DNA of 64,000 bases, taken from assembly GCF_009914755.1 (NCBI RefSeq), contig NC_060927.1. One strand, written 5' to 3'. The notes below the pieces were generated by a model. It did no database searches and had not been told where the DNA came from. It saw nothing but the letters and a program-made list of their open reading frames with translations. The stretch comes from the human T2T-CHM13v2.0 reference genome, Homo sapiens. The position numbers and the translations under genes are program-made. Shown here one piece after another: positions 27,503 to 41,313 of this stretch. Each line of letters begins with the position of its first letter. Position 1 is the stretch's first letter.

Positions 27503-27935
27503 CACAGGAAGTAAACTCAAATTCCCATGAGGACTAGGAGTGTAACATAAATAGGTAAAGAGGCTTGGATATAAGGAACATTTCTGGATGCATTTGCCCT
27601 TTTTGACTAAGTTTTATTTTCTTATCTTTGTTAGAAATTTGGATACAATAAATTTCACTTTGTTATAATTTTACTATAAGAAAAATAAAGTCTCACTGTA
27701 ATGATAAGAATGGGGCACACTGACCCAGGGCAGGGAGTGCCAGGAGGGGGAGGTGAACATTGAATCTTAAATGCCCCTTCTACTGTGGGCAGTCACTACA
27801 CTGCCTGGTGAGGGGCTGCCCTGTGAGAATATGAACCCAGTCCCGTAAGTTATTCTATTTTCTTCAAGAGAAGCTAGAGAACCAAATTTTTATACAGAAA
27901 CTGTTTTTTAAATTGTGTCTGCTAATTCAACTTCT
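27503..27935 (-). mobile_element. MER102-like hAT-Charlie element
   Basis: AAACTCAAAT...GTAACATAAAT and TTCAAGAGAAGCTAGA...TTTTTAT...CTAATTCAA resemble the recalled MER102 antisense consensus. Confidence 0.5.
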
Positions 27936-29097
27936 GTGCAGTCTTTTTGCCAGTATAGACTGAATTCAACAGTTCAATTCGATAGTTACATAACTATCTC
28001 AATATCCTTTGTTCTTAGCCCAGAGCAAATTTCCCAGAGGCGGAGAGTAGGGTGTGATTTATATTGCCCTTAGCCTTGGAAAATAATTTCCCAGTGAGTT
28101 GATAAACAACTCTTTTTTCCTCCTACCTAGAGCTTAACTGATTATTTTTCCTTTGCCATTGGCCTTTGAAAATTTCCCTTCTATGTATCATCAGAGGAAT
28201 GTAGGAAGTATAAGAATATGGCTTATTATAAAATGAATTTCAATATCCACTTGCCAAATGGTTCCCCAGACATAACATGCATGTGACAATAAATGACCAC
28301 TAGACATGTCCAACCACACTATTTACAAGAGGGTTCTACTTCAGTGATAGGTGTTTCAGGAATATTTGTAACATGTTAAACACTGTAATTACGGAGAAAA
28401 ATAGGAATTATAAGGATGATCATCTTTAACCAACCCATAATTTATAGAAATGAAGGGACCTTTAATAAACAAAACAAAAAAATAAACAAGCACTTCACAA
28501 GTTTTCTTAACAGAAAGGTTAGACAGTGGTGGGGTGAGCAAAGGGTGTTATTTTTCTAAAAATCTTTCAGGTGTAGTAATCAAGGGTTATAGGTTATAAT
28601 AAAAATTGTGTGTTCTTGAGGAAACCTCAGCATTAAAACAATCATACAGAGCGGATATTTCAGGGAACTCTCAAGCAGGTTTAGCTTCTATTCTGGGATT
28701 TAAGAAATACTTTAAAATGTTGACAGCCTCTTTCAGGGAGAGTAAGTTTTTATATTTTAGGGTCACTTTCCTGTGTTCAAGACATAATTTTTTTTTTGCC
28801 ATTAAGATAAGAATATTCAATGATAGCACAGCATTTTTAGAGTATGAATCTTTTTCTAATGTCACATCCTGAACTTAGGTTCATATGTAGCTTTCCTAAG
28901 ATGCTGATGCTTTCAGGAATCATTAAAATTCATGCTTTATCCTCTGAGCTAAAAAATATGATTGTTATCTGCTTTAGTGGAACATTTATTCATTTTTCTC
29001 TTCCCCTATCATCTCTCCATCTAATCAAATGAAGTAGTCCTACCGCTATTCATCACACATGGGGAACCTTTCTATAAATCTGATCACGAATCCCCCA

Positions 29098-29575
29098 TAT
29101 TCCAATTATCTAGGGCTGCATAAAAACCATCTCAAACCTGGTGGCTTAAAACAAGAATGATCATTTATTTTTCATTAAATATGAAATCGTTTATGGATCT
29201 GAAGAGGTAGCTCATCTCTGCTTCATGTGGGCTCCACTGTGGGTCTTACAAAGGGGTGAGGATTCACTTTCAAGTAGCTCCTTCAGATGGTTGGCAACTT
29301 GATGCTTGTTGTTGGCTGGGAGCTCAACCTGGGCTGGCAGCTGAGGTAAATGGTTACTCCCCACAGGGTTGTTTGAGTTTTCTCACAGCATGGTGGTTAT
29401 GTTCTAGGAGCAAGTAGAATTAGGAAATGCAAGCTGCCAACCTCTTAAAGAATAGTCCTAGAAATCATCACTTACATGGTATTTTGTTGGTCACATAGTC
29501 ACAGAGTCCATCCAGATTCAATTGGAGGGGACATAGAAACCACTTTTCAATGGGGAGAGTGCCCAAGGGACAAAA
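29098..29575 (-). mobile_element. Old MLT1 (J/K-like) LTR
   Basis: GTGGCTTAAAACAA, GCTCATCTCTGCTTCATGTGG, CTCACAGCATGGTGG, CCAGATTCAA...GAGGGGACATAGA. Confidence 0.7.
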
Positions 29576-29707
29576 ATATATATATTTGCCTACCTTTTAA
29601 ATTTCATCTCCTACCACTACCATTCTTTACCATCTCTACTTCCCCATCCACACCTCCAACCATTTCACCTGTCTAAATTCCAACCACATCAAATTTCTGT
29701 TGTCCTT

Positions 29708-30083
29708 TGTATTAGTCCATTCTCATGCTGTTAATAAAGACATATCTGAGACTAGGTAATTTCTAAAGGAAAGAGGTTTAATTGACTCATAGTTCAGCAT
29801 AGCTAAGGAGGCCTCAGGAAAGTTACAATCATGGTGGAAAGGGAAGCAAACATGTCCTTCTGCACATGGCAGCAGGAAGAAGCATGAAGTAAAAGAGGGA
29901 AAAGTCCCTTATAAAACCGTTAGATTTTGTGAGAATGCACTCACTATAATGAACGCAGCAGAACAGGGGTAAATGCCCCCATGATTCAATTATCTCTCAC
30001 TGGGTCCCTTCCAGAACATGTGGGGATTATGGGAACTATAATTCAAGATAAGATTTGGGTGGGGACACAGTCAAACCATATCA
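29708..30083 (-). mobile_element. THE1C/D solo LTR
   Basis: TGTATTAGTCCATTCTCATGCTG...GGGGACACAGTCAAACCATATCA, with near-TSD TCCTT/GCCTT. Confidence 0.9.
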
Positions 30084-30409
30084 GCCTTCTTGTTTTTTTT
30101 TTGCCATTGAATATTATGCTCCCAGACTGTCAGAATACCAACAGTCTAGTAAAACGTTAATCATCTTTCATGACTAGGCAAAAACATCCTTTCTTTTTTG
30201 AAGTCTTTCCTAACTCTCCTCAGTAAGTAACTAGGGTTGAGAATATTTCTTATCAGTGTTTACGTACTTTATTGTCTTTAAGTACAATGTTTCTTGGTTG
30301 CTTTTAGCATAATGCCTAATGAACAGTGAGAATTTTAAAATTCTCTGTTGAATGAATTAATTCTTGGAAATTGGAGAGTCATTCACTGAGAGATTTAATC
30401 TGTAGTAAC

Positions 30410-30635
30410 CCTGGAGCCTAGTTCTTCCTCCACTCTCCAGTATCTGTGTCAAAGATTAGGGCAAGTCACCTAATCTCTTGCAGCTTCCCTTAGCCTGGGT
30501 TTCTTCATTTGTCAAAAGAGGTAACAGTGTCTGTCCTACAAACCTCACTGAGACGTATGAAGGTAAATAAAAATTGTATGTAAAAGCACCTTACATATTT
30601 AGAATGCTACTAAAATGTTCTATTTTGAAATTATT
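30410..30635. mobile_element. MIR SINE fragment
   Basis: GGGCAAGTCACCTAATCTCT...GTTTCTTCATTTGTCAAAAGAGG...ATGTAAAAGCAC. Confidence 0.6.
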
Positions 30636-30939
30636 ATTAGTTGGAAACAAATTCACTATTTATAAAATGCTTTAACAGACAAAAGTGTTAAGTGTTGACC
30701 TGATCAGAAGCACTACTCAAAGAGAAATATCTTTATATTGTTTTAATCCCCATTTTACTAAGGTTATAGATTTTTCCAAAATTTCCTTAAGGAAGAAATC
30801 TTTGGATATTTGACTGAAATCCAGATTCTTAGACATGTGCCCTGTTGTGCAGTTATCTTAAGAAAGCAGGGCATTCTATGCTTTCATAACACCTGCAGTG
30901 GGTTGCCAACATTTATTTTTAAAAATAAGTTTTGCCAGT

Positions 30940-31317
30940 TCTATTAGCCTGTTTTCATGCTGCTGATAAAGACATACCCGAGACTAGGAAATTTACAAAA
31001 AAAAAAAAAAAAAAAGGAGATTTAACAGACTTACAGTTCCACTTGGCTAGGGAGGCCTCAAAATCATGGTGGAAGTTGAAAGACATGTCTCACATGGCAG
31101 CAGACAGGAAAAGAGAGCTTTCTCAGGGATACTCCCATTTATTAAAATCATCAGATCTTGTGAGACTTATTCACTATAATGAGAACAGCATGGGAAAGAC
31201 CCACCCCCATGATTCAATTATCTCCCACCAGGTCCCTTCCACAACATGTGGGAATTATAGGAGATACAAGATGAGATTTGGGTGGGCAAACCACCCAAAC
31301 AGAGCCAAAACACATCA
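30940..31317 (-). mobile_element. THE1A/B solo LTR
   Basis: Typical THE1 LTR sequence with a perfect 5-bp TSD CCAGT (30935-30939, 31318-31322) and an expanded internal A-run. Confidence 0.92.
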
Positions 31318-33886
31318 CCAGTTCTGTAAGATCCTTAGAAAGAAATTTATTTTAAATGTATCATGTAGTTTGAAAAAGAATACTTGAAAATATCTCTTCC
31401 TTGAGTGATGGTCTTCCAGGTGATAGAACACACAAAAGCCAGTTTCCTTGCTCTAAAATGGTGCTGCTTCATTTGAAAGTAAATAGCTCCTTTTATTATG
31501 TGGAAAAAAGAGTGAGAACAATATTTTCAGAGGAATTAAAGAACTGAATGAGCAGGTTGTACGGATGATTATGAAAGGAGCTAGTAGGGGGAGGTGACAG
31601 AGTAGATGGGGTAGCCTGACACAAGTCTTTTAAGGTGGATGGCCTAAAAGATTCTCTCTTGGTGCCAAGACAGGCAAAATCCGTAAAGAAAAAGCTGTGA
31701 GCTCAGAATGCATACGAGCAACATAAATGGGTGAAATTTAATTCTGTAAGATTGGGTCTAAGTGAGAGAGACAGAGTGTGTGTGTTATAGTGAGTATAGG
31801 GGGAAGCTTTTGTAATAGAGCAAAGTAGTTCTAGAGATCATTACGTGCAGATTTGATGTATATTGTGGTATAACTTTGCTGGAGAAAAGGAAAGATTATT
31901 ATATAAGAAGCTATAATCAGGGCTATAAGGCTCTAGCTTTGAAACAAAGGAGGATTGCATATTCAAAAGGCATAAAAAAATCCTCAGCAACACACACCCA
32001 AAAAAGATAGTAAAGGAAAGAGTACGTAAAGGATGGAGACTATGGTCCTCTGACATGGTCTTTTCCATTTTATCTTTTTGTTTTTTTGCTACATACTTTA
32101 CTAACATCTTTATGAAGGGAAGATTGGTATAAATTGTTTTGAGTATCCTTTACATCCTTGGCAATCAATGCAGGCCAAGGATGTTTGTTATATTAAAGTC
32201 TGATTTAAACTCACAACATTATTGTGTTTGTGGAATTTTAAAATTATTTTGTTAAGCATTTGCTAACTCAGTAGATCCATAATGTATGACTAATGTTCTT
32301 AAAGGATTTTAAAAACCTTTTTAGTTATGTTTATGTGTATCCAAATCTTGTTGGTTCTGATTAATACCAAGGCAGGAAATGGCAGTGCCTGAGTTTACTT
32401 TTCTGCATCCCTATATAGCTGATAGAGAGGAGGGTTAAATTAAAGAATTGCGAACCCCCAAATATATTGTTGCTTTTATGTACTAACTGATGCCATTTCT
32501 CCAATTACATATTTGAGAACAACAAATACATTTAAAGGGCTGATCCCTGGAAGAGTTCAGAGTTCCTCTTACCCCTTCTCACTTTAATCCAGAACTGTTT
32601 AATCCCTAAATCTTCTGTGGTAGTGTTTAGACTCTTTTTACTTGTGTATTTATTTTATCTCACCTAGAAAGCATCTCCTCTCATAGGTGAAGATCAAGAG
32701 GAGGAAAGCAAAGATGATATGAAAGACAGCAGTGAGAAATCACCTGCTCTCAGTGTACACATGAAAGCCAAGCCCCTTAGCTCAAATTTATCTCTCAAAC
32801 TAGCACCAGGAAAGAAACTAAAGGCAGAGTTGCATAAGAGGATGCATAGCTCTAACTTTCACAAGCCTTGCCTGCCATACATCACTGCCGTACATTTACA
32901 GGACTGGTGACATTTAGCCAGGTCCTCCCAGAAGCTTATTTTGCATTTCTCTGAGCCTCAATTTCCTCAGCACCAAATGGTCCTAAAATGTTCTTGAAGT
33001 GAAGGACTTTCTGCAGATGAGTGCCATCCTCAACAACGTTGAATAATTTTTCAAAAATAACCCCCTAGAGAAATGTGGAAAATATAAAATGTTTCAAGGC
33101 TGATTCAACCCTTTTTCAAAGATAAATAAGAGGAGAGCTTTATGGCTTGTTTTTTTCTTATACATTTTATACACATTGAGAAGTAAAAATCATTTCATAT
33201 TTCTGATTTGACTATAGGATCTTGTACTGATTTTACTTGTGGTAAGTGATGTTCAAATACACTTATGCATGCTTATGAAGCATCTTATAAAATAGAAAGG
33301 ATTTTGAAATTTTCTCTTAGAGAGGAAATACCATACTTAGTTTTAAGTTTCCTTGAACTGTACTCCTTATTTATATTTGATATTGTTTGAAATGTTCTAT
33401 TTTATTTAAAAAGTTATCTGGTAAAAGAAGACAAACTTAGCGAATCATCACCGAAGTCAATTGAAGGCGAATCAGAAATTTGTTTATTACTTCCCTCATT
33501 ATTTGACTATGTCTGTTATTGATCAAATTATTTTCTACATTAATTGATTCAGCAAATAGACTTAGATTCCTATGTCCTTGAAAAGTAAATGGAACTAAAT
33601 CTCTACCACAGTGCTCTCTAAACTCATAAACACTCACCATGATGTGTTGGCGTGTGAGTGAAGTCATTAGAAATTACGCTCATGTAAATCATTCTGTAAT
33701 TCTCTTAAAAATGTATATGTTTAACAATATGTATAATACATAAACACAGTAATAACAATAGAATATATAAAATATAGAATAGACCTATAGAATAAATTTA
33801 TTCTATATTTACATAGAATATACATATACACACCTATAGACAGAGCATATAGTTTAGGCATTTATGTTATATAAACCATACATCAT

Positions 33887-34115
33887 AGAGCTACACCATC
33901 CAATAGGGCAGCCATTACCCATAGATGCATGGAACACTTGAAATGTAGCTAATGTGACACATTGACATAATAATATTTTGGATACATTCAGTTAAATTAA
34001 ATATACCATTAAAATTAATTTCACTTGTTTGTTTTTACTTTTTAAAAATGTGTGCCAGAAAACTGAAAATTCCACATGTGGCTCACATATTTCTATTGGA
34101 AAGAGCTTTTCTAAA
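33887..34115. mobile_element. MER3-like hAT MITE
   Basis: TCCAATAG...GCAGCCA...CACTTGAAATGTAGCTA...ATTAAAATTAATTTCAC...TGTGGCTCACAT..TTCTATTGGA. Confidence 0.75.
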
Positions 34116-34914
34116 GAATATATAGTCTCAATAATAAAGATACTCTATATATTACAATATATAATATGCTCACTGAAAAATGGCTTTCAAAAACTTTTAT
34201 GAATAGGTCTAGACAGTCAAATCACTGTTCTATAGTACTATAAAACTTAGCCCATTTAAAATACTAAATGAAGCATACATTTAGAAAGACTCTATTAGTT
34301 AATTTACATTTTCATGGTTATTGTAGTGGACCTATTGTATTCTCAACAAACTCCTACTTATTGAATTTACCCTCTCTAACTCTCAGCTCTACAAATGTGG
34401 TTTTATGGAAATTTCTCTGTTAATTTCTCTCTAGCCACAAATGATGGCGTCTTATCCAAATCAAGTTGGTCAGAATCTTACTGAATTCTGACTTGAGTCA
34501 GAGGATCATATTCTATCTAGAGGTCCAACATTGCTAGATGAGAAGCTCAAGAGTATATAGTGTTGATGTATTCTGTTCTGTGGAGAAAGCCAGGCATCTG
34601 TAAAAGACAATAATGAAGAATAAAATGAAGCAGAGGAGAGATGCATAGAAAATTTTTTTTCTGTACGATTCTATGGATTACCTACATTTCCCACTCACTA
34701 AGTTTGATATCTCAGGGCCCTTATAACACATTTGAGTTTCTGTCCTTTGAAATAAAATTTTTTTTAATTAATGCAGTCATCAGGAGCACAGAACATCATT
34801 ATTTTATTAACAGTTTATCTCTTAGTGATTAGATCTTTTGGGGGCAAAGCTTCAGTCTACTTTCTAATTGTAGAAAAAGCAGAACCCCAAAATTTGATTT
34901 TAATCTTTTTAAAA

Positions 34915-35262
34915 ATTTTTTTCCGAAGTATATAAAAATACATGTTTATTAGAGAAAGACTTATAATGTACAGGGAAATATAAATGCATAAATAAAAACA
35001 ACCTGATACTCCATTATTACAAAGGTCCTTGTTAACAGTATTTTATCCCTGATATTTGTACATTTACAATCTATGTGTTTATTTTTTTTTATTTTCAAAA
35101 CATGTGCAGTACTGGCTATTCAATATTCTATTCAGTATTTTTTCTGTTTGACATTATACTGTAAGCCTGTAATCCCAGCATTTTGGGAGGCCGAGGCAGG
35201 CAGATCACTTGAGGTCAGGAGTTTGAGACCAGCCTGGACAACATGCTGAAACCATGCCCCTA

Positions 35263-35297
<35 letters not shown>

Positions 35298-35850
35298 AGC
35301 TGGGCATGTAATCCCAGCTACTTGGGAGGCAGAGGCAGGAGACTCACTTGAGCTCGGGAGGTGGAGGTTTCAGTGAGCCAAGATTGTGCCGCTGCACTCC
35401 AGCCTAGGTGAAAGAGTGAGACTTCATCAAAGAAAAAAAAAAAGCATTTTATCATTTCACTAATATTATTTCTAAATATATTTTTAAATCTATAGTATAG
35501 ATACATTATATTGTATTTACCAATCCTATAAGATCATTAAGTATTTTTGAAATTTCTCCTAGTATAAATACTGCTGAAGGGAATACACATTCCCATCCCA
35601 TAAGTTTTTGACTGTATCACTGAATATTATCTTAGGATAGATAGCAAAATACATAATGGATCAGAAGGGTGTGACCATTCAAACATATGGATTTGTGTTG
35701 CAAATTTCCTCATACAAAAGGTTGTAGAAAATTTATATTCTCATCAGCAGTGTTTGATGTCCATCTTAGTAAAATTTCACCTATAAAGAATATAATTTAA
35801 AAATTGTCTAAATATTGCTTCCTATTTTATTACCATTAAAATATATAATT
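34915..35850 (-). mobile_element. Old L1M 3' fragment interrupted by an Alu
   Basis: Degenerate L1M antisense motifs (TATCTTAGGATAGAT, ATGGATCAGAAGGGT, AAAGGTTGTA...ATTTATATTCTCATCAGCAGTGT). Confidence 0.55.
35165..35442 (+). mobile_element. AluS-type SINE lacking about 20 nt at the 5' end, with expanded middle A-tract and a small right-arm deletion
   Basis: GCCTGTAATCCCAGC...GATCACTTGAGGTCAGGAG. About 31 A in the linker, GGGCATG joined directly to TAATCCC, short A-tail. Confidence 0.93.
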
Positions 35851-38800
35851 CAATACATTTATACAGGTAACAATAAATTTAAATTAAATAGTTATAAAAC
35901 AATATATATTTACAAAATCAAATAATTCAAATAATTTAGTGAGATTTCAGAAAACGTGCAAAGCATAAGCTCAGAAAATCTAATAGTGATAAACTGAAAA
36001 TATAACAATCATATAGAAATGAAGGTAATCCAAACTGTAAAGATGAGTTCACAAAGAATTATAGAATTATATGCAAATCTGAATAAGAAATATAAGTATA
36101 CCCATGTAACTGAGAACTACAATATCAGAAAGAAAAGATGTATTTAAAAGGAGGAAAAATAATCAAAAAAGAAAATGAGCATCCATAAAAGTTTTGAAAT
36201 ATTGGCTGTAGATGAAGAGGTACGTGATGGAAGAAGGTGGAATAACTGAAATTGAGAATAAGCCAAATATTGTTGAAAACTCAGGTTAAAAAAATGCACG
36301 TTTCTCTGTGCTTCATACTGTCCCAAATTTCTTTGATAATTGCCTTCAACTTGTCTTTGTCTTTGTAAGCACATTCAAAAAGAATTCTTCAAGGTCAGAG
36401 TGGTGATGGATAATAGGTGAAGTAGGCAGTCACAAAGATTAAATAGAGTTTTTGCTTCATAGACAACTGCTCTCTTCAGAAGCAGATTTCATTATTTGAA
36501 AACAACTCATCTATTTTTTTCCCCTTTGGTGTGCTGTTAAAGAAAGTTGTACAAATTATTCAAGATACTGCTTCTCTTCCAATACTCCCAAACTTTGCTG
36601 ATGCAGAGAAAATGCCCTAAGGTTAATAAGTTAATCCTTTATCATATAGAACTTCATATATATTCTAACTGTGATCAAGTTCCAAAATGTGCCTTAAAAC
36701 ACTTCATTAATAATAACTGATGTCTTTAAATTTTAAGGTAGGTCAATTACATTTGATGCGACGGCTGAATTTCATTAAAAGGTAGAAAACATTAATCTTG
36801 CATAATCTTTTTTTGCTTTTAAGGAAGGATTTTGGGAGTTTGAAAAGCATAAAAATATAGCAATTTAATTTAAAAGGAAATGTCCCTAACTATATTTTTT
36901 GTTAAGTGTGTGTTCTTAGAATATAAGCTCTCAAGAGTAAATGCACAGTCAATGCCACAGTCCAGATTCCCCAAAAGCAGTGCCGAGAGGGAGTTTTGCA
37001 CGCAGGTAGTTTTTTGGGGAACAGGATTTCGCAGAGCAGGAATGACAGACAGAGGAATACAATGTGACCAAAGAAGACTGAAAAATGTGTTTTAGAATTC
37101 TTTGACTAGTGTGTTTGGAACTCCGATCATACCCATTGATCAAGCATGACACCATGAGCAATACCTCGCTCGTTCATATTTCTAGGCTACACATGCATGA
37201 GTGCCAATGAGTTCCAGTGAACATCCTGCACTGCAGCATTAGAGAAGCCCTTGTGTAAGAAGTGGGAGGTATATTTCATGGGTCTGCCGTGAAGTGCTTA
37301 TAGGTTGCATTTGTGTGCAGCTGGTTTCAGCATCCACAGCCCTGGTTACCATTGCTGGAGCAAAAGGTGAGACTGGCAGGATTTGAAATTGGGCACTAGA
37401 GATGAATATAAACACAGTCCAACTGTTGAACCACCCAGATGTTTTCCTACTCTCTGTTAAATCCATAGGATTATTTGATAGTACTGTTCCCCAGGGCTCA
37501 GCGTGTCCTGAGGCCATCATTGTTATTCGTTATCTACCTTCTCAAGCACTCATTCTAGGTTTACTTTACCCTCAGCCCTAAGCCAGAATTTCAACTTGTC
37601 TAGGTTGCTTGCCTAGTAAAATGATGCCCTGAAGGATCTGAATTTTTAATTGAATTGTTTTAATATACCAGGGTTGTAATTGCTTGTTCATAGTTATTAG
37701 AAAGCACAGAGCACCAGGAAATGCCCTCATGAATCTTTTTTTTTTTTTTTTTTCCCCAGGCATACTTCTCACTGCCCCATTGTGTAGTGGCAGTCCTAGC
37801 TGTTTATGGTAGTCACGGTCAATAGTGCCCTAGTGTACTAACTTTTCTTTTCTTTCTTCTTCTTCTTTGTATTTTTTTTTTTTTTTTGCCTTTCATTCCT
37901 GTGACATGAAGATCCCAAAATAATAGTTTCAGTTTCAAGTTCAGTGGAACACTTGCCATTTTTTTTGGTAAAAGAACCCCTACTTCCTCCCCTCAAATCA
38001 GGACCTCTAATCTGAGAGAATCTAGTGTCATAGGAATAGGTATCACAAATTCCGCTTATGTGTTAATGGAAATATCAACTATAAGGGCCGATTATATTTC
38101 AAATTCTTGTTTTATGGACCTGTGTATGCTAGTTATTCGGACACAGCATTTGCTTTTGGTTTTGATTCAGCATACTAACACATTCTAGAAGAAAGGACAT
38201 CAACCCCACAGGATATTCTTATGGCAGTGACTTACCTGAGACTTCAACATAATATAGCTTGTTTCTATTAGATTGGATGCTCTGGGAGGCAAGGTTGATA
38301 ATAATACTGGAGGAACCCCTTGTCGTATTCCTATTGTTGCAACAATTTTGTCATAAATGAGGCCTTTACTCTCACACACTATCGTGTAACATACAGTAGT
38401 GGAAAAGCCACTGTGGGAAGAGAAAACATTTATATTTTAGAGTAGATATTGAGTCTGTAAAAATGTATTACTTACCCTCCAACATATTAAAGATCAGATA
38501 TAGTCGAAGTCACAAAAGAGGGATAATTATTCCTCTGCCTTCTTGAAGGCTCATCATTTCTGCTGCTGGTAAACTGGTTATTCAGCAGCACCAGTCGTCT
38601 GACTGGCCTTGGTGAGAGGAAACCCACGCTCTTGGATCCATGTATAGCCTCCTTACCTTCATCCATGGCTCATTTCTCCAGGATTGAGTTGGCTGAGGAG
38701 AAAGGCTTCTGATATTCCTGGGAAAAGTAATCCTGCCCTCATGACTATTTAGTGCTTATTCTGCAGTGAATACTTTCTTGTGAGTCTTAATGTGAGACAT

Positions 38801-39692
38801 GAAAATCTGCATGTAAAGAAAATGAAGAAATGTGCTGCTGACAACTCTGCTATTAGCAGGTTTTCCTTCACTGTTGTCATTTAGATCCATTCCTGAATGG
38901 AAGCATAATACAGCAATAGACAATCTATGGCCAGTACCAGTACCAACCTATCTGAAAAGTAGATCCAGGTATTTTCCTTCCTGTTTAGTGAGTTTTAGGG
39001 CACTTCTGCTCAGGCACTGTCCTGAGTGTATCATTCTGTCACACAATTAATTGCTGCCTGCCATGTGACATGATGGGAAGCTCCAATACACAGTTTCTTG
39101 GTATCCCACGATCAGGCCTTCAGTTTCTATTAGGGCCCATTAGCACAAAAGAAGCTATTTTTCAAGGCCTGGTAGTTCTATGATCCAGAAAGCGTGGTTT
39201 GGCTCCACAGTCCTCAGAGTTTGTGCAGTGACTCCCCTACTTTGACTTGCCAGAGACACCACAAAGCCTTTTTATCTACCACGATTACTTCTAGCATCAT
39301 CAGATCTGCTAGGTCATATACAACTTGAGCCAGGACAGCTTGGACCAAGCTTAGACTTTCTGCAAGAACTTCTCTTGCTCCAGGCACTATGCAAAACTGT
39401 CAGCCTCATAAGACACTTCATAAATAGGTCAAAATAGAATTTCCAATTGTTCTCCCAATGTCAAAAGATCACCTAGTGATGTATTTCTTTTTTTGTCATA
39501 GGGGTTCAAAATGCAGCAATCTGTATCTTAAACAGAATGTCTCAGTGTTCTTCTGACCACTGGATAACTATAAACTTCACAATAGGGCATGCCTGGCCCC
39601 AATCTTCATTGCATTTATCTTCTACCCCCTGGCAACTATGTCTTATCAGATTACTTACTGCTTTCTAGGTCCAATTAGCATTTTTTCTTATT

Positions 39693-39900
39693 TTAATGGA
39701 TAAATAATGCTGTTCTGCACAATATCAAGATGATGAAATTTCCTGTGAAACAGTATTGTTTTTCCACAACAGACAATGAAATAGTTAACGCAGCCTTGGG
39801 GAAAGACAGGAATGTGTACTGCTGTATCTCCCATGTAAAAGAGAATTTCTTTCTAGCTTCCTTACTGATAGGGATGGAAAACAGTGTATTCAACAGATCA
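39693..39900 (-). pseudogene. pol: ERVL reverse-transcriptase remnant
   Basis: DLLNTLFSIPISKEARKKFSFTWEIQQYTF resembles the class III RT motif DLANAFFSIP...QKQFAFSWQGQQYTF. Confidence 0.82.
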
Positions 39901-40546
39901 TAGCACAGGCCATGTTGATATGTTTCAGTAAAGAACTACTTTCAGCAAGAAGCACCTGTAAGTAAGGCTACCACTTGATTAAGTTTATAATTTTTTTGTT
40001 TGCTGTGATCCATCTGGTTTTACAGAGGAAAAACAGGTGAATCAAAAAAGTGTACTTTGGGAACAACCAGTCTTGCATAACTTATTTCTGAGGGTAGTAA
40101 TAATCTCTAAAAATCCTCCTGGCTTGCAATATTGCTTCTTCACAATCTTGACAGAGTTCAGTGGCAGGTTAAAGTGCTTCCACTTACGTTTTCTACCATA
40201 TGGCTCTTCTGTTGCAAGTCAGAGAACTAAAGTGAGAGCATGCCAGCTACTTGATATTTATCCAATTACATACTTAGAGACTAAGAAATTAACTACTGAG
40301 TCATTCAGTGGGAATTGGAGACCACTGTGATATGAACTTGGGGAGAAGTTATCTTTCTTACCTCGTCTTTATAACCCCCCTCATCCTATGGTGGGGTTTC
40401 AGGTCCTCTGGTATCAGCATCCTGGAGAGTTTGGGTATCCTCCATTCCCTAATACAGGCTCCAAGGTATCTTTAGGGAGGTATTAAAATAATGATTATTA
40501 CATATGCTTGTGGAGGCCCTTCCTCAAGGGAATATAACTTCCTCCC

Positions 40547-41313
40547 TATTATGGACTGAATTGTGTTCCCTCAAAATTCATACGTGGAAGTCTTGATCCC
40601 CAGTGCCTCAGAATGTGACTGCTTTTGGAGATAGGGCCTTTAAGGAGGTAATTAAGTTAAAATGAGGTCATTAGGGAGGGCTCTAACCCAGTGAATTGTG
40701 TCCTTATGATATGATTTGAATTTGCGTCCCTTCCCAAATCTCATGTTGAATTATAATCCCCAGTGTTGGAGGAGTGACCTGGTGGGAAGTCATTGAATCA
40801 CAAGGGCAGATTTCCCTCTGGCTCTTCTCATGATAGTGAGTTCTTGTGAGATCTGGCTGTTTAAAACTGTGTAACACCTCTCCCTTCACTCTCTTCCTTC
40901 TGCTCTAGCCATGTAAGACAAGCCGATTCCCCTTGGCCTTCCATAATTATTATAAGTTTCCTGAGGCTTCCCCAGCCATGCTTCCTGTACAGCATGCAGA
41001 ACTATGAGCCAATTAAACCTCTTTTCTTTATAAATTACCCAGTCTCAGACAGTTCTTTACAGCCATGTGAGAATGGACTAAGACACCTTATAAAAAGGGG
41101 AAATTTGATAGAGGCAGGTACAGAAGGAAGACCATGTAAAGACACAGGGAGAAGATGGCCATTTACAAGCCAATGAGGAAGGCATCAGAATCAACCTGCT
41201 GACACCTTGACATCAAACCTCTCTCCCCTCAGAATCATGGGAAAATAAATTTTTATTGGAGGATCCACCCATTCTGTGGTACTTTATTGTAGCATTCCTA
41301 GCAAACTAATATA
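40547..41313 (+). mobile_element. MLT1B-like LTR split by an MST LTR
   Basis: TATTATGGACTGAATTGTG...AAAATGAGGTCATTAGG...GTGTCCTTA, resuming after the MST as CCTTATAAAAAGGGGAAATTTG...CTAGCAAACTAATATA. Confidence 0.85.
40707..41085 (+). mobile_element. MSTA/MSTB solo LTR
   Basis: TGATATGATTTG...GAGAATGGACTAAGACA, with a perfect 5-bp TSD CCTTA (40702-40706, 41086-41090). Confidence 0.92.

Noticed and set aside
30932-31387. 151-aa ORF with a poly-Lys run
   Set aside because: Chance read-through of a THE1 LTR with an expanded A-tract.
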